The notes: generated from the letters alone by a model not told the origin. DNA of 64,000 nucleotides from an uncultured Desulforhopalus sp. (GCA_963677465.1 OY781976.1:5247678-5311677), one strand, 5' to 3'; counted from the stretch's first letter, positions 36,713 through 46,374 are shown. Made by a program: numbers and translations.

Positions 36713-37765
36713 CTAATCGTTTAAAGGCGGATTGACGAAGCTGTCACAGAGATTCAACCCCTTCTCGTACCCTCTAACCCAGACGGCAAGATAGGTGTCG
36801 GCATAATCGAGCCAGGCAGAAAAGGTCACCGGATCTGTAGCATGTCGATACATTCTGGCCGTAACCACTGCACTGCCCGCGGCATAATGTCGACAGTCGC
36901 TGCAATCGGTATCCGGCACACAGCAGGCAGCATCACGGTTCCATTGCAGATCGGTGCGATACTGCCTGAAAGATCTGCCGAGTCCAATGTCCGTGGAGGG
37001 ATTCATCCTGGGATAGGTACAGGAAAAAAGGTCATGCAATCCCTTTTCGTTGGTATGGGCAACAATATTATAGGGCGAAAAGAGAACAGTTTGTGGATAA
37101 TTGGCCAGCAGCTCAGTCATAATCGCCCGGGTTTTGTGCAGCGATTGGGCGGTATGACGCAGAGGTCCATCGTAACCAACGGGTGCAGAAAACATATTAA
37201 AAGTGATTTGCTGACCGTTATCTGCCAACTGTCTGGTCACTTCCCGCGCCTCATCAATATTAAATGGGGTAAAGGTGTAAACAAAGACAGCCCTGGGATC
37301 ATCCTGGTAATTGGCCATCTGCCGAGCGAGCATATTGGGAGCCTTGCGAATGGCCAGGCTGGTTTGGTCATTGCCCCAGACCGAGATATGAATTCGGTAA
37401 TCTATTTCCCGAGGAATGAGTTTGAGGCCATTTGTGGCTATCGCCCCCAGCGGGATAATTTCATAACAAACGGCACAGAGTTGTGACACCAGCGATGGTT
37501 CGGCTCCGGCGAGGACAACAAAGGTTATTCCCCGCTCTTTTTCTGACAAAAGAAGCTGTCGCCAGTCTGTTTCGCTGTTATTTTCCGCGGCAAACTGTTT
37601 TTCGCCAACGAAATAGTAACATCCATCACAACGAATATTACAGCGGTTACTCATGTCATAGGTGGATTCGCGCAGAAAAAAATAACGACGAACCTTTTCC
37701 CAGCGTTCCTTGATAAGCGGGTCTGCAATAATATCAGAGAATTTATATTTTTGCTGAACTGGCAT
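36713..37765 (-). CDS. Radical SAM protein (paralog B of a tandem pair)
   Basis: CxxxCxxC motif NRCNIRCDGCYY, GAEPS, and a C-terminal Cys cluster (CCVPDTDCSDC). Shared blocks with paralog A: ATNGL, S(L/V)WG, ANYQxDP. Confidence 0.85.
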   Translation of the reverse strand: MPVQQKYKFSDIIADPLIKERWEKVRRYFFLRESTYDMSNRCNIRCDGCYYFVGEKQFAAENNSETDWRQLLLSEKERGITFVVLAGAEPSLVSQLCAVCYEIIPLGAIATNGLKLIPREIDYRIHISVWGNDQTSLAIRKAPNMLARQMANYQDDPRAVFVYTFTPFNIDEAREVTRQLADNGQQITFNMFSAPVGYDGPLRHTAQSLHKTRAIMTELLANYPQTVLFSPYNIVAHTNEKGLHDLFSCTYPRMNPSTDIGLGRSFRQYRTDLQWNRDAACCVPDTDCSDCRHYAAGSAVVTARMYRHATDPVTFSAWLDYADTYLAVWVRGYEKGLNLCDSFVNPPLND

Positions 37766-38032
37766 CTATTCGTTACTGTTACGTTTGTCTTCGATATACT
37801 GGGCAATGATGCGAACGGTCGTCAGCTTAGGATAATCGTCTTCATCTATCTGTATTTCGTATTCATCTCTTAGAAACAGGGCAACGGTTGCCATGTCCAT
37901 GGAATCGATACCCACCTCGTTGACCAAATCCAGGTCGGCGTCAAAGGTCTCGGCGGTAACATCTTCAAGTTTAAGCTCGTCGATGATGATTTCAGCTATT
38001 CGGGTAATGGTCTTATTAATATCGTTGCTCAT
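37766..38032 (-). CDS. Acyl carrier protein
   Basis: 88 aa and acidic, with attachment motif VGIDSMDMATV. It abuts the rSAM start and overlaps the dehydratase end. Confidence 0.85.
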   Translation of the reverse strand: MSNDINKTITRIAEIIIDELKLEDVTAETFDADLDLVNEVGIDSMDMATVALFLRDEYEIQIDEDDYPKLTTVRIIAQYIEDKRNSNE

Positions 38033-38372
38033 GAATTTGTTTTTTTGCGTTTTCAGTTTCGTTTAAGGTGAAAAACATCCAGCCGGAACAGACATCCTGA
38101 TCGCCGCTGGTAATTTTAAAAATATATTGATCTTTTTTATTGCCGGTGGTGATGTGAATATCAAGCAATTCCCCAGGTCTGACAATTTTTCTGAATTTGA
38201 CCCGGGTCACCCCCGTCATAGACAAATTCCCTTCTCCGGACTTGGAAATAAGATCGGCAACCATCTTCAACTGGGCAATTCCCGGCAAAATAGGGTTATC
38301 GGGAAAGTGTCCAGAAAACCAAGGAGAATCACTATCAGTTGCTATGGAAGCAACCATTTTACCTTCTTCCAT
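38016..38372 (-). CDS. FabZ/FabA-like 3-hydroxyacyl-ACP dehydratase (single hot-dog)
   Basis: WFSGHFPDNPILPGIAQLKMV catalytic His motif. An alternative start at the internal ATG (38357) has a better GAAGG Shine-Dalgarno. Confidence 0.75.
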   Translation of the reverse strand: MEEGKMVASIATDSDSPWFSGHFPDNPILPGIAQLKMVADLISKSGEGNLSMTGVTRVKFRKIVRPGELLDIHITTGNKKDQYIFKITSGDQDVCSGWMFFTLNETENAKKQIHEQRY

Positions 38373-38721
38373 TTTTTTTTCAACTAGTCAATATAACAAG
38401 TAAGTAGACTTGATTTAATTGCAGAATCAAACAGAAAAACAGTCAGACAGCTTGCTCACTATCACCAGCAATGAGTGCCTTACCCAGAAAACCTGCTACT
38501 CAGTTCAACAAGCTTAGTAAAAATGCACAAAAATCAAAGTTTATACCACTAAGACCGGTAATACACAACAGGTAAGCGGCAAGAGAGCCACGGCTCTTGC
38601 CAGAATCAGCTTTAACTTATTGAACCACTAACAACAATGATGGTATATAACTGTCAATGGAAGTGAACAAATACCCACTCAGGCTACCTGATTACCTCAT
38701 GGAGACAAGAGAAAACAGAAC

Positions 38722-39393
38722 ATGAAGAGAATTCCCGAGCAAGCGCTGATGAACGACCCGGACCAGGCCACCGCCTACGCGGGGAGTGACTTGGACAACG
38801 CCTATTGGCTGTTCGTGCAATTGTTTCGTAAATATTTCCCTGCCCTCCAACCAGACAATGCAATTCTCGATCTGGGATGTGGCCCGGCCGCCATCCCGCT
38901 ACGCCTGGCCAAACTTTTCGGCAAATGCCAGATTCACTGCGTCGACGGTTCCGCAAGCATGATATCACAGGGAAAACAAGCTGTACAGCGGGAGGGCCTG
39001 GAAGAGCAGATCCATTTTTTCAAAGCCTGCATGCCGGACAAACTGCCACTGCCACAGAATCGTTACAAAGTGATTATTTCCAATAGCTTCCTGCACCATC
39101 TCGCCGATCCGATGATTTTGTGGAATGCTCTCCACGAGTATTGTCTGCCAGAGGCGGCAATCCTCATTGTCGACCTGTTGCGACCGGCAAATGAAGAAAG
39201 AGCCCAGTTGCTGGTTGACCAATATATGCCTGATGCCCCGCCCCTCCTTCGCCAGGATATGCTGATCTCTCTAAGGGCCGCGTTTACCCTGGACGAAGTC
39301 AAGGCACAATTAGAGGTGGCCAACCTTACTGCAAACATTTCGCTCGCCATGGCAACTCCTTTTCAGTTTGCGGCTTATGGATATTTAACCTGA
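38722..39393 (+). CDS. Class I SAM-dependent methyltransferase
   Basis: Motif I ILDLGCGPAAIP, post-I HCVDGS, and motif II-like VIISNSFLHHL. Confidence 0.8.
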   Translation: MKRIPEQALMNDPDQATAYAGSDLDNAYWLFVQLFRKYFPALQPDNAILDLGCGPAAIPLRLAKLFGKCQIHCVDGSASMISQGKQAVQREGLEEQIHFFKACMPDKLPLPQNRYKVIISNSFLHHLADPMILWNALHEYCLPEAAILIVDLLRPANEERAQLLVDQYMPDAPPLLRQDMLISLRAAFTLDEVKAQLEVANLTANISLAMATPFQFAAYGYLT

Positions 39394-39423
39394 TATTTGA
39401 ACGGACTTTAGAAGGAAACAAAG

Positions 39424-40617
39424 ATGAAACTGAGCGTCGCTGTAAATTGGGACCGGGCCTTATTAGACGGCCTGGCGGACATCCCGGAAGTAACTTCGAT
39501 CTATGCCAAACTCCCCTTCGACGTTGTCGGTGGAGGCCGCGCAGGTATCGTCATCCCATCCGTCGACTGGGATTTTGCCGCAGCATATATTGACAAAGCC
39601 CATCAGCTCGGCCTGTCTTTTTGCTACCTTATCAACGCACCTTGCCTTGGCAATTTAGAACAAACCGAACAAGGCAAGAAACAGATACTTTCCTTGGTTG
39701 GCCAACTGGTCGATATGGGCGTTGACAGCGTATCAATCGCCAACCTAGCCGTCGTCGCTCTGGTTCGCCGTAATTTCCCACAACTGGCTATCCGTGGCAG
39801 CGTCCTGAGCTGGCCAACAAACCTATCCCGACTGAAGTATCAGGAATCACTCGGCATCGATCCGATAATCATTCCCTACAGCGAGTTCAACCGTGATTTC
39901 AACATGTTACCAAAAATACGCTCTGGGCTGTCATGTGACATGCAACTCTTTGTCAACGTTTCCTGTATCTATAACTGTCATTATCTGGCTGAACACGCCA
40001 ACAGCGTGGGCCACGCATCCCAGGTGAGCCAAAATAGTCAGCGCCCAAACTCCTTCCTCGACTTCTACCTCTGGCAATGCACACGCCGGCGCCTGCTCCA
40101 CCCTGAGCTTATGCTGATGAGTCGCTGGATTCGCCCTGAAGACCTTCATATCTACGAGGCTATGGGCTTTGATGAATTTAAGATTATTGATCGTTCGCGC
40201 TCTACAGCCTGGCTGCTGCGCGCCACCAAGGCCTATGCTGACCGGTGTTACGACGGCAACCTTCTGGACATCCTCTCGCTGGAAATGCTCGGCGATCCGG
40301 TCGGATTCCACAGTGACATAGAAGATCAAATCCGTGAACGAATGCGGCATTATACAAAAGAAGAACGGCAACTCATGTCACGCATGCTCAAACTGCGACG
40401 TCGACTCCTGGCCCTGGATCTCCAGATCGACAATGCCGAATTAGCCAATTTTCTGGAAGGTTTTCAAAAAATCAAGTGCGCAGAAACCTACTGTGAGAAT
40501 TGCCGCCATTGTCATAGATATGCCGAGAGAGCCATTCGCTTTGACCGGGCTGAAGCGAAAATTCTGGCAGACGACATCAGCAAACTGCTTGAAGATTCCC
40601 TGACCATGGCGACTTAA
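39424..40617 (+). CDS. Hypothetical protein with a C-terminal Cys cluster (possibly peptidase U32-like TIM-barrel family)
   Basis: 397-aa ORF 30 nt after the methyltransferase gene. It has a CAETYCENCRHC cluster near the C-terminus and VSCIYNCHY mid-protein. The U32-like assignment comes from weak memory only. Confidence 0.35.
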   Translation: MKLSVAVNWDRALLDGLADIPEVTSIYAKLPFDVVGGGRAGIVIPSVDWDFAAAYIDKAHQLGLSFCYLINAPCLGNLEQTEQGKKQILSLVGQLVDMGVDSVSIANLAVVALVRRNFPQLAIRGSVLSWPTNLSRLKYQESLGIDPIIIPYSEFNRDFNMLPKIRSGLSCDMQLFVNVSCIYNCHYLAEHANSVGHASQVSQNSQRPNSFLDFYLWQCTRRRLLHPELMLMSRWIRPEDLHIYEAMGFDEFKIIDRSRSTAWLLRATKAYADRCYDGNLLDILSLEMLGDPVGFHSDIEDQIRERMRHYTKEERQLMSRMLKLRRRLLALDLQIDNAELANFLEGFQKIKCAETYCENCRHCHRYAERAIRFDRAEAKILADDISKLLEDSLTMAT

Positions 40618-40649
40618 AGAGCCAGCGGTTTTACACCGGCCCTTTACGA

Positions 40650-41681
40650 TTATTTTGTCTCAGAGTTTCGCCAGCAGGTGGGATCTGAGGCCAGATAATC
40701 ACCGGTGAGCTGGTAGGCTGCCCCTCTACAGCCATAGCATTCCGCCGCTTTTTCACAGCTATGGCACTCGCCTTTAATCATCTGCCGGTAATTCTTCAGA
40801 TTGTTGACAACTTCACTGTTTTTCAGGATAGATGCCAGTTTTTCGCGGCGAATATTATCAAGAGGAATGGTAACGCCGACACAGGGCATGACATCACCCG
40901 TCGAGGTCACCACGCAGGACACCTGATGGCGCATGCATTTATTACCAACCAGCGGTGGTTGCGGTTCCCATGTCCGGCCAAACTTTTCCTGATCAATTGC
41001 CGAAAGCTGGATAAAGAGCCCCTTCAGTTCTCCTGACGAAACGCCAAGCCAGCTATTTTCCAGAGCATGGGCCTGGGGAGTGAGCACTTCAAAATATGGT
41101 TCAATATTTTCCTCGCGCAGCCACTGCCAGAGGGACGGTAATTCTTTGATGTTTTGCTGACAGATCACCGTACTTACGGCCAGAAACAACTCCTGCGACG
41201 GATAGCCAGCGGCTTTCAAAGCTGCAAGGGCACGGTTTATAATTTTAAAAGCACCCTTTTTCCCGGCAAGCTGATCCTGGACCTGTTTATCCCGGGAATT
41301 CATTTTTAGGGCAATCCGCACCTTTTCCCTGGCAAGCACTGTGGCCAGGGCTGCATCGATCCCAGAACCATTGGTAAACATCTCGATTTCCAGCCCCTCT
41401 TTACTGAGAAAGAGCAGCATTTCCACCAGATGCGGATAAAGAGAAGGTTCGCCGCCGAGAATGATTATTTTTCGTGCCCCCAGTGCTTTAGCCTGGAGGA
41501 TGACATCTTTGATTTCGTCTTTTGAGAGCTCATTGCCACAGTCAATTTTTTCCTCAACATAGCAATAAGAGCAGCGAAAATTACAGACTCGGCTGAATTC
41601 GATTTCCATGGAGAGCAATTTATCCGCCGCCACCGCCTCACGAATCTCCTGCTCGGTGAATTCAAGATTATAAATCTGCAT
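40650..41681 (-). CDS. Radical SAM protein with a SPASM/twitch-like C-terminal Cys-rich domain
   Basis: CxxxCxxC motif RVCNFRCSYCY, GGEPS, and a C-terminal CHSCEKAAECYGCRG plus extra Cys residues (CMRHQVSCVV..MPC). Confidence 0.8.
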   Translation of the reverse strand: MQIYNLEFTEQEIREAVAADKLLSMEIEFSRVCNFRCSYCYVEEKIDCGNELSKDEIKDVILQAKALGARKIIILGGEPSLYPHLVEMLLFLSKEGLEIEMFTNGSGIDAALATVLAREKVRIALKMNSRDKQVQDQLAGKKGAFKIINRALAALKAAGYPSQELFLAVSTVICQQNIKELPSLWQWLREENIEPYFEVLTPQAHALENSWLGVSSGELKGLFIQLSAIDQEKFGRTWEPQPPLVGNKCMRHQVSCVVTSTGDVMPCVGVTIPLDNIRREKLASILKNSEVVNNLKNYRQMIKGECHSCEKAAECYGCRGAAYQLTGDYLASDPTCWRNSETK

Positions 41682-41686
41682 TGCTC

Positions 41687-43177
41687 TTAATAATCCTCAA
41701 GATCCTGAAACTTGTTCATATTTTCCCAACGTTCCATCTCTTTTTCATAGCGGCCCTGCCAGCCAATTTTTCTCATGACCCACCGATAACGCAATTTCAA
41801 AAATGGTTTAAACATGAAACGCCAAATGGATATCCACAGCCAGCCCTGACTTCTCACCTGGGCAGGTGGATTCCACCAACCCAATACCACTTGGCGCTGA
41901 TACCAAAAGTGATACTGGAGCTGCGCCGAATCTAAATACTTCGTCCGCACATTGGCCCACATACCACTATATCTTTTATAATTTGTCTCATTGATTATCA
42001 AGCCCTGCTCCAAAAGATGCTGGCGCATTCCGGTTTTCGGATAGGGGGTCAGGACCTGACAGTAGGCGGCGTCGGCCTGAATCGATTTGAAGAATTCATA
42101 ATTTTCTCTGATGGACTCTTCGTCATCCTCAGGAAAGCCAAAAATGAGACCACCAATGACCATCATGTTGTACTTATGACAATTATCAATAGCCTTCTTG
42201 GCATAAACCACGGTGTTGACCTTGTCGGCAACATTCAGATTCTTTTTCGAACCATTCTCAATACCTAGAAAAACCGAACAAAAACCGGCCGCGGCCATCT
42301 TGGCGACCATGTCCTCGTTGTTGGCCATGGACAAACAATCGGCCTGAACAATAAACCGAAGACCTGTGTAATTTCGAGCAATGATAGCATCACAGAGCTC
42401 TATGACCCTCGCCGGTTTTAAGACCATATTATCATCGGTGATAAATATATATCTTGTTTTCCGGTTATAATAAATATCGTCAATATCGGCGAGAACCCTG
42501 CTAATAGGATAGGTCCTGAAGGTTCGGCCATACATATGCTTCATCGAACAAAAATTACAGGTGCGGGTACAGCCGCGGGAAGTCTCGATGAGTTCAATTT
42601 TGGAATTTAAGATATGGTATCCCCAGGTCAATCGCCGCTTGTCCCGGACCGGCAATTTCAAGGTACTGAGGTCAAGGTTTTCGCCCCGCGGATTGTGCAC
42701 AAACACGCCATCCACTTTATATGACAGTGAAGGGATATCAGCCAGTGTGTCACGGCCGTCCATGGCGTTCACCAGTCGGCGGCAGGCCTCTTCCCCTTCT
42801 CCCCGGATCAAAAAATCTATCCACTGGGACTCTTTGGATGCTGAAGTCTCCTCGTACATCAAGGTGGCGTGATAACCGCCGATCACAATTTTAACGCCAG
42901 GCAGGAGTTCTTTGATCAGGTGGGCAATCCTGATGCAGGTATCAAACTGCCAGGCCATGGACGAGAGACCAACAAGGTCGGGCTGGAATTTTTTGATCAC
43001 CTTGGTGAGATATTTTTTAATCGAACGACGTTTCCGAACCAGGTCAATAAGAATGACATCATGCTCTTCATCGATATTGCCGGCGAGTGTTGCTATACCG
43101 TGGTTTGGCAAATGAATTGCAGCCTCGTGAATAATCACCGGCACCACATCGGGCATGGATATCAACAGAACTTTCAT
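41687..43177 (-). CDS. B12-binding-domain (class B-like) radical SAM protein
   Basis: N-terminal Rossmann-like segment (MKVLLISMPD...VGLSSM...IVIGGYHAT), then SRGCTRTCNFCS. Confidence 0.8.
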   Translation of the reverse strand: MKVLLISMPDVVPVIIHEAAIHLPNHGIATLAGNIDEEHDVILIDLVRKRRSIKKYLTKVIKKFQPDLVGLSSMAWQFDTCIRIAHLIKELLPGVKIVIGGYHATLMYEETSASKESQWIDFLIRGEGEEACRRLVNAMDGRDTLADIPSLSYKVDGVFVHNPRGENLDLSTLKLPVRDKRRLTWGYHILNSKIELIETSRGCTRTCNFCSMKHMYGRTFRTYPISRVLADIDDIYYNRKTRYIFITDDNMVLKPARVIELCDAIIARNYTGLRFIVQADCLSMANNEDMVAKMAAAGFCSVFLGIENGSKKNLNVADKVNTVVYAKKAIDNCHKYNMMVIGGLIFGFPEDDEESIRENYEFFKSIQADAAYCQVLTPYPKTGMRQHLLEQGLIINETNYKRYSGMWANVRTKYLDSAQLQYHFWYQRQVVLGWWNPPAQVRSQGWLWISIWRFMFKPFLKLRYRWVMRKIGWQGRYEKEMERWENMNKFQDLEDY

Positions 43178-43965
43178 ATTTGTCTCTCACTAAAGGCCCG
43201 CCTCACCCGCTGCTCAAGCTCGGCGGTGGAAGGTGGATGGTTTTCATAGTCCGGTTCAATGCAATCGATAATTTTAACGCTGATAGTATTTTTAATCCTG
43301 GTATTGAAGAAGAACTTCCCCGGAGTAAAAAGTTTATCGGTATTACGGATTTCCAAGACATACACCGGCGCCCTGTACATCCGGGCAATTTTCAATGCCC
43401 CCTTATTCAAAGCGCCCATTTTGCCGTCGCGGCTCCTGGTTCCTTCCGGGAAGATAAAAAGATTGCCCCCAGAACGAAGATACGACTCCATAGTTTCCAT
43501 TTGCTTGATCATCAGCCGGGCAAACGGCCCTTCACTGGAGGCAGGCAGATAGCCGGATTTGGTAATTATCCAGCCAAAAATCGGCATGGCAAAAAATCGT
43601 GATTTAACAATGGTCTTCTGTTGCCGAAAAAGAGCGATGAGCAGGAGTGGATCGAGATAGGAAAGGTGATTACAGACGATAACCGAAGACCTGATGGCGG
43701 CAATTTTTTCATCAATCACCATCCGCTGACGGGGCGCAGTCACCCTGACGATAAGAAAGAAGATCCGGTAAAAGTGGCTGTTGAACCGCTGAAAATACAG
43801 CTCAGGCTCCTTCACGAGCAGAAAAGCGGCCAGATAGAACCAGGAGAAAAAGAGCAGGAAACCAAAAATAAACCAGGCCCAGCAGACAAGAGTGACAATA
43901 CAATCAATACATTGGGCAATAAAAGAACGAATAGAGGAATTATTACCGGTCTGCATCTCTACCAT
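43174..43965 (-). CDS. Lysophospholipid acyltransferase (PlsC/LPLAT family), membrane-anchored
   Basis: HX4D motif NHLSYLD and FPEGTRS motif, with N-terminal TM helices. 4-nt overlap with the downstream rSAM gene. Confidence 0.8.
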   Translation of the reverse strand: MVEMQTGNNSSIRSFIAQCIDCIVTLVCWAWFIFGFLLFFSWFYLAAFLLVKEPELYFQRFNSHFYRIFFLIVRVTAPRQRMVIDEKIAAIRSSVIVCNHLSYLDPLLLIALFRQQKTIVKSRFFAMPIFGWIITKSGYLPASSEGPFARLMIKQMETMESYLRSGGNLFIFPEGTRSRDGKMGALNKGALKIARMYRAPVYVLEIRNTDKLFTPGKFFFNTRIKNTISVKIIDCIEPDYENHPPSTAELEQRVRRAFSERQI

Positions 43966-45190
43966 TTTTCACGAGTAGGCAGGTGTTGACTCCGCCAAAG
44001 GCAAAATTTTGGATGGCGGCAATTTTAGTCTTGGTTTCTGTCAGTTCACGGGTGTGCCGCAGCATATTACAGCGCTCATCAACATTTTCCAGATTAAGAG
44101 TGGGAGCAATAAATCCCTGCTCCATCATATAAAGGGCCAACACAGTCTCGATCACGCCACAGGTTCCCATGGTATGCCCCATATAACTTTTCAGACCGGT
44201 AACGAGCGGCCCCATACCATATACCGCGGCAATGGCCTGCGCCTCGATGACATCACCCATTTTTGTGGCGGTGGCATGAGCGCTGACAAAATCGACATCA
44301 TCGGGGGTTATGCCCGCGTCGGCCAGGGCCAGTCGCAAGGTTGCCGTTATGCCATCGAGATTTGGCAGGATAAGGTCTCCACCATTATTATTACAGGCAA
44401 AACCGATAACTTCTCCCAATATTTCAGCACCACGCTTCTTGGCTGCTTCATACTCCTCAAGCAGGACCGCCCCGCCGCCCTCACCGACAACCAGGCCGTC
44501 CCGATTGGCATCAAAAGGTCGGGGGGTGCACTCGGGTGTTTCGTTATATTTCACAGAACAGGCCAGCAGATTATCAAAGACCGCCACAGTGGTGGTATCG
44601 TACTCGTCCGCCCCGCCGCAGATCATGGCATCCTGCATGCCGTATTTAATCGATTCATAGCCATAGCCAATGGACTGACTGCTGGTGGTGCAAGCGGTGG
44701 AAGAAGCAATGATACGTCCGGTGATACCGAACATTCTGCTGATGTTTACCGCCGTTGTGTGGACCATAGAACGGAGATAATCCACCGCACCAATGGATGA
44801 GAATTTTGAGTCGAGATCGCCAAAAAATGTTTTATAGATTTCACGCTGGACAGTTGGGCTACCATGGGTTGAACCAAAGGCAACCCCCAGACGGCCGGAG
44901 GTAATAAATTCCTGGCTCAGGCCCGAGCTCGCCAACACATCTTTTGCCACCTGACAGGCGTAATAGGCCACGGGCCCCATGGTTTTTCGATATTGCCGTT
45001 TGAAATCGTACTCTATGGGATAGTCAATGGTGCCAAAAACACGGGAGTGAATATGCTTTGACAGCAACCCATCATCGCGCAGAGGTCCAACACCGGACCT
45101 GCCTTTTTTGAGACTGTCGATGATATCGTTTTTGTTATAACCAATCGGGGTAATGGCAGAGCAGGCAGTGATAACAACGCGTCTTTTCAT
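43943..45190 (-). CDS. Beta-ketoacyl-ACP synthase (Cys-His-His)
   Basis: Active-site Cys in SSTACTTSSQSIG. His motifs SAHATATKMGD and MGHTMGTCG. C-terminal NFAFGGVN. Confidence 0.9.
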   Translation of the reverse strand: MKRRVVITACSAITPIGYNKNDIIDSLKKGRSGVGPLRDDGLLSKHIHSRVFGTIDYPIEYDFKRQYRKTMGPVAYYACQVAKDVLASSGLSQEFITSGRLGVAFGSTHGSPTVQREIYKTFFGDLDSKFSSIGAVDYLRSMVHTTAVNISRMFGITGRIIASSTACTTSSQSIGYGYESIKYGMQDAMICGGADEYDTTTVAVFDNLLACSVKYNETPECTPRPFDANRDGLVVGEGGGAVLLEEYEAAKKRGAEILGEVIGFACNNNGGDLILPNLDGITATLRLALADAGITPDDVDFVSAHATATKMGDVIEAQAIAAVYGMGPLVTGLKSYMGHTMGTCGVIETVLALYMMEQGFIAPTLNLENVDERCNMLRHTRELTETKTKIAAIQNFAFGGVNTCLLVKNGRDADR

Positions 45191-45208
45191 GAAGTGAGTC
45201 CTGCCAGG

Positions 45209-45466
45209 CTATTTGGTTCGGGATTGTTGTATTGCTTCAACATAATCAAGGATATCATTGATCGTCCTGATACTCATGGCCTTTTCCTTTTCCTCCCGGG
45301 TGAAGGAGAAGCCAAGAATCAGCTCAATTTTCCCCAACAGCTCAATGGCATCAATACTGTCAAATCCATGGTCGTCCCGAAGATTGTCCTCAAGACCTGG
45401 CTGTTCAAATTCAAAATCGTCGACAAGAATTGATAAAATTTTATCTTTAAATTCGTCTCTAGTCAT
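45209..45466 (-). CDS. Acyl carrier protein
   Basis: 85 aa and acidic, with attachment motif HGFDSIDAIEL. It lies 18 nt upstream of the KS gene. Confidence 0.85.
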   Translation of the reverse strand: MTRDEFKDKILSILVDDFEFEQPGLEDNLRDDHGFDSIDAIELLGKIELILGFSFTREEKEKAMSIRTINDILDYVEAIQQSRTK

Positions 45467-45639
45467 AATGGGTTTTTATTGGGCAAGAAATTTCTAAGAA
45501 AAATGATAACTTTTACGAGTAAGCGGGATACTACACAGTTTCTGCCAATTTCAAAAGATTTTATTGAACTATTGAAGCCACCCAAAATTCAATACAACCA
45601 AGCTAACTAATTGGATAGAAAAGAAGATATTGCAAGACA

Positions 45640-45657
45640 CAGGCAACGTTTTGCCTG
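45640..45657 (-). terminator. Candidate hairpin terminator downstream of the thioesterase gene
   Basis: CAGGCAA-cgtt-TTGCCTG (7-bp stem) about 90 nt after the stop on the minus strand. The tail is pyrimidine-rich but is not a clean U-tract. Confidence 0.3.
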
Positions 45658-45746
45658 ACAGGCCGCATCTTAACCAATTTTAACAACGGCGCCAAAGAGT
45701 TCGACCTTGCTTAGACCAGCGTCTCTGCTCATTGCTGAGTGATTGT

Positions 45747-46157
45747 TCAAGAGAGGAATTGTTCGGTTTTTTCGATAAACACAGCGGGAATTTCAACGAC
45801 TTTTTTCTTCTGATAGTCGAAGGCCAAAAACGTTGTGAAACCGCTGAGCAGTTCCTGCTTATCTGATTCCCGAATGACACTATATTTGAGGGTACATTTT
45901 TTCCCGGCTATCTCTGCTATGGCAACATTGACAAGGAGTACATCATGGAGGAAACCTTCCCGGTGATATTTCACGCCCGATTCCACAACGATGATTCCGG
46001 TGTTCTCTCCGATGTTTTTATCTGAAAGACCAATATGTTGCAAAAAGTTGATGCGCCCCTCTTGAAAGATCACTAAAGCTCGTTCATTACCAAGGTGGAA
46101 ACCAGCACTGATATCGTTTTCTTTTATGATATAGCGGGTGGAAAAAAGTTCGGCCAT
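45747..46157 (-). CDS. Hot-dog fold thioesterase (monocistronic)
   Basis: 136-aa ORF with a 4HBT-like pattern (ALVIFQEGRINFL...IIVVESGVKYHRE). This is a family-level call only. Confidence 0.55.
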   Translation of the reverse strand: MAELFSTRYIIKENDISAGFHLGNERALVIFQEGRINFLQHIGLSDKNIGENTGIIVVESGVKYHREGFLHDVLLVNVAIAEIAGKKCTLKYSVIRESDKQELLSGFTTFLAFDYQKKKVVEIPAVFIEKTEQFLS

Positions 46158-46374
46158 TGTATTGTTCCTCCAGTTTTTTTAACAAAACGACCTAAATTAC
46201 TTCAAGTCTTTGCAGGTGTATAGATTTATTTTTCGGTGTAATGTGGGGCTGATGTGATCTACTTTTAGTCGCAGGGGCCTTGGCCGAGGAATCTTGCCTC
46301 CCGCTTATTTGTCCTTGCTGTTATACTGACAAAAAGAGAATTCAATCAAATCGAGCCAGGAGATTTTATACTTT

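Noticed and set aside
44009-44800. 263-aa plus-strand ORF (plus a nested 116-aa ORF).
   Set aside because: Antisense to the third ketosynthase gene (43943-45190). No motifs and a typical shadow-ORF composition.
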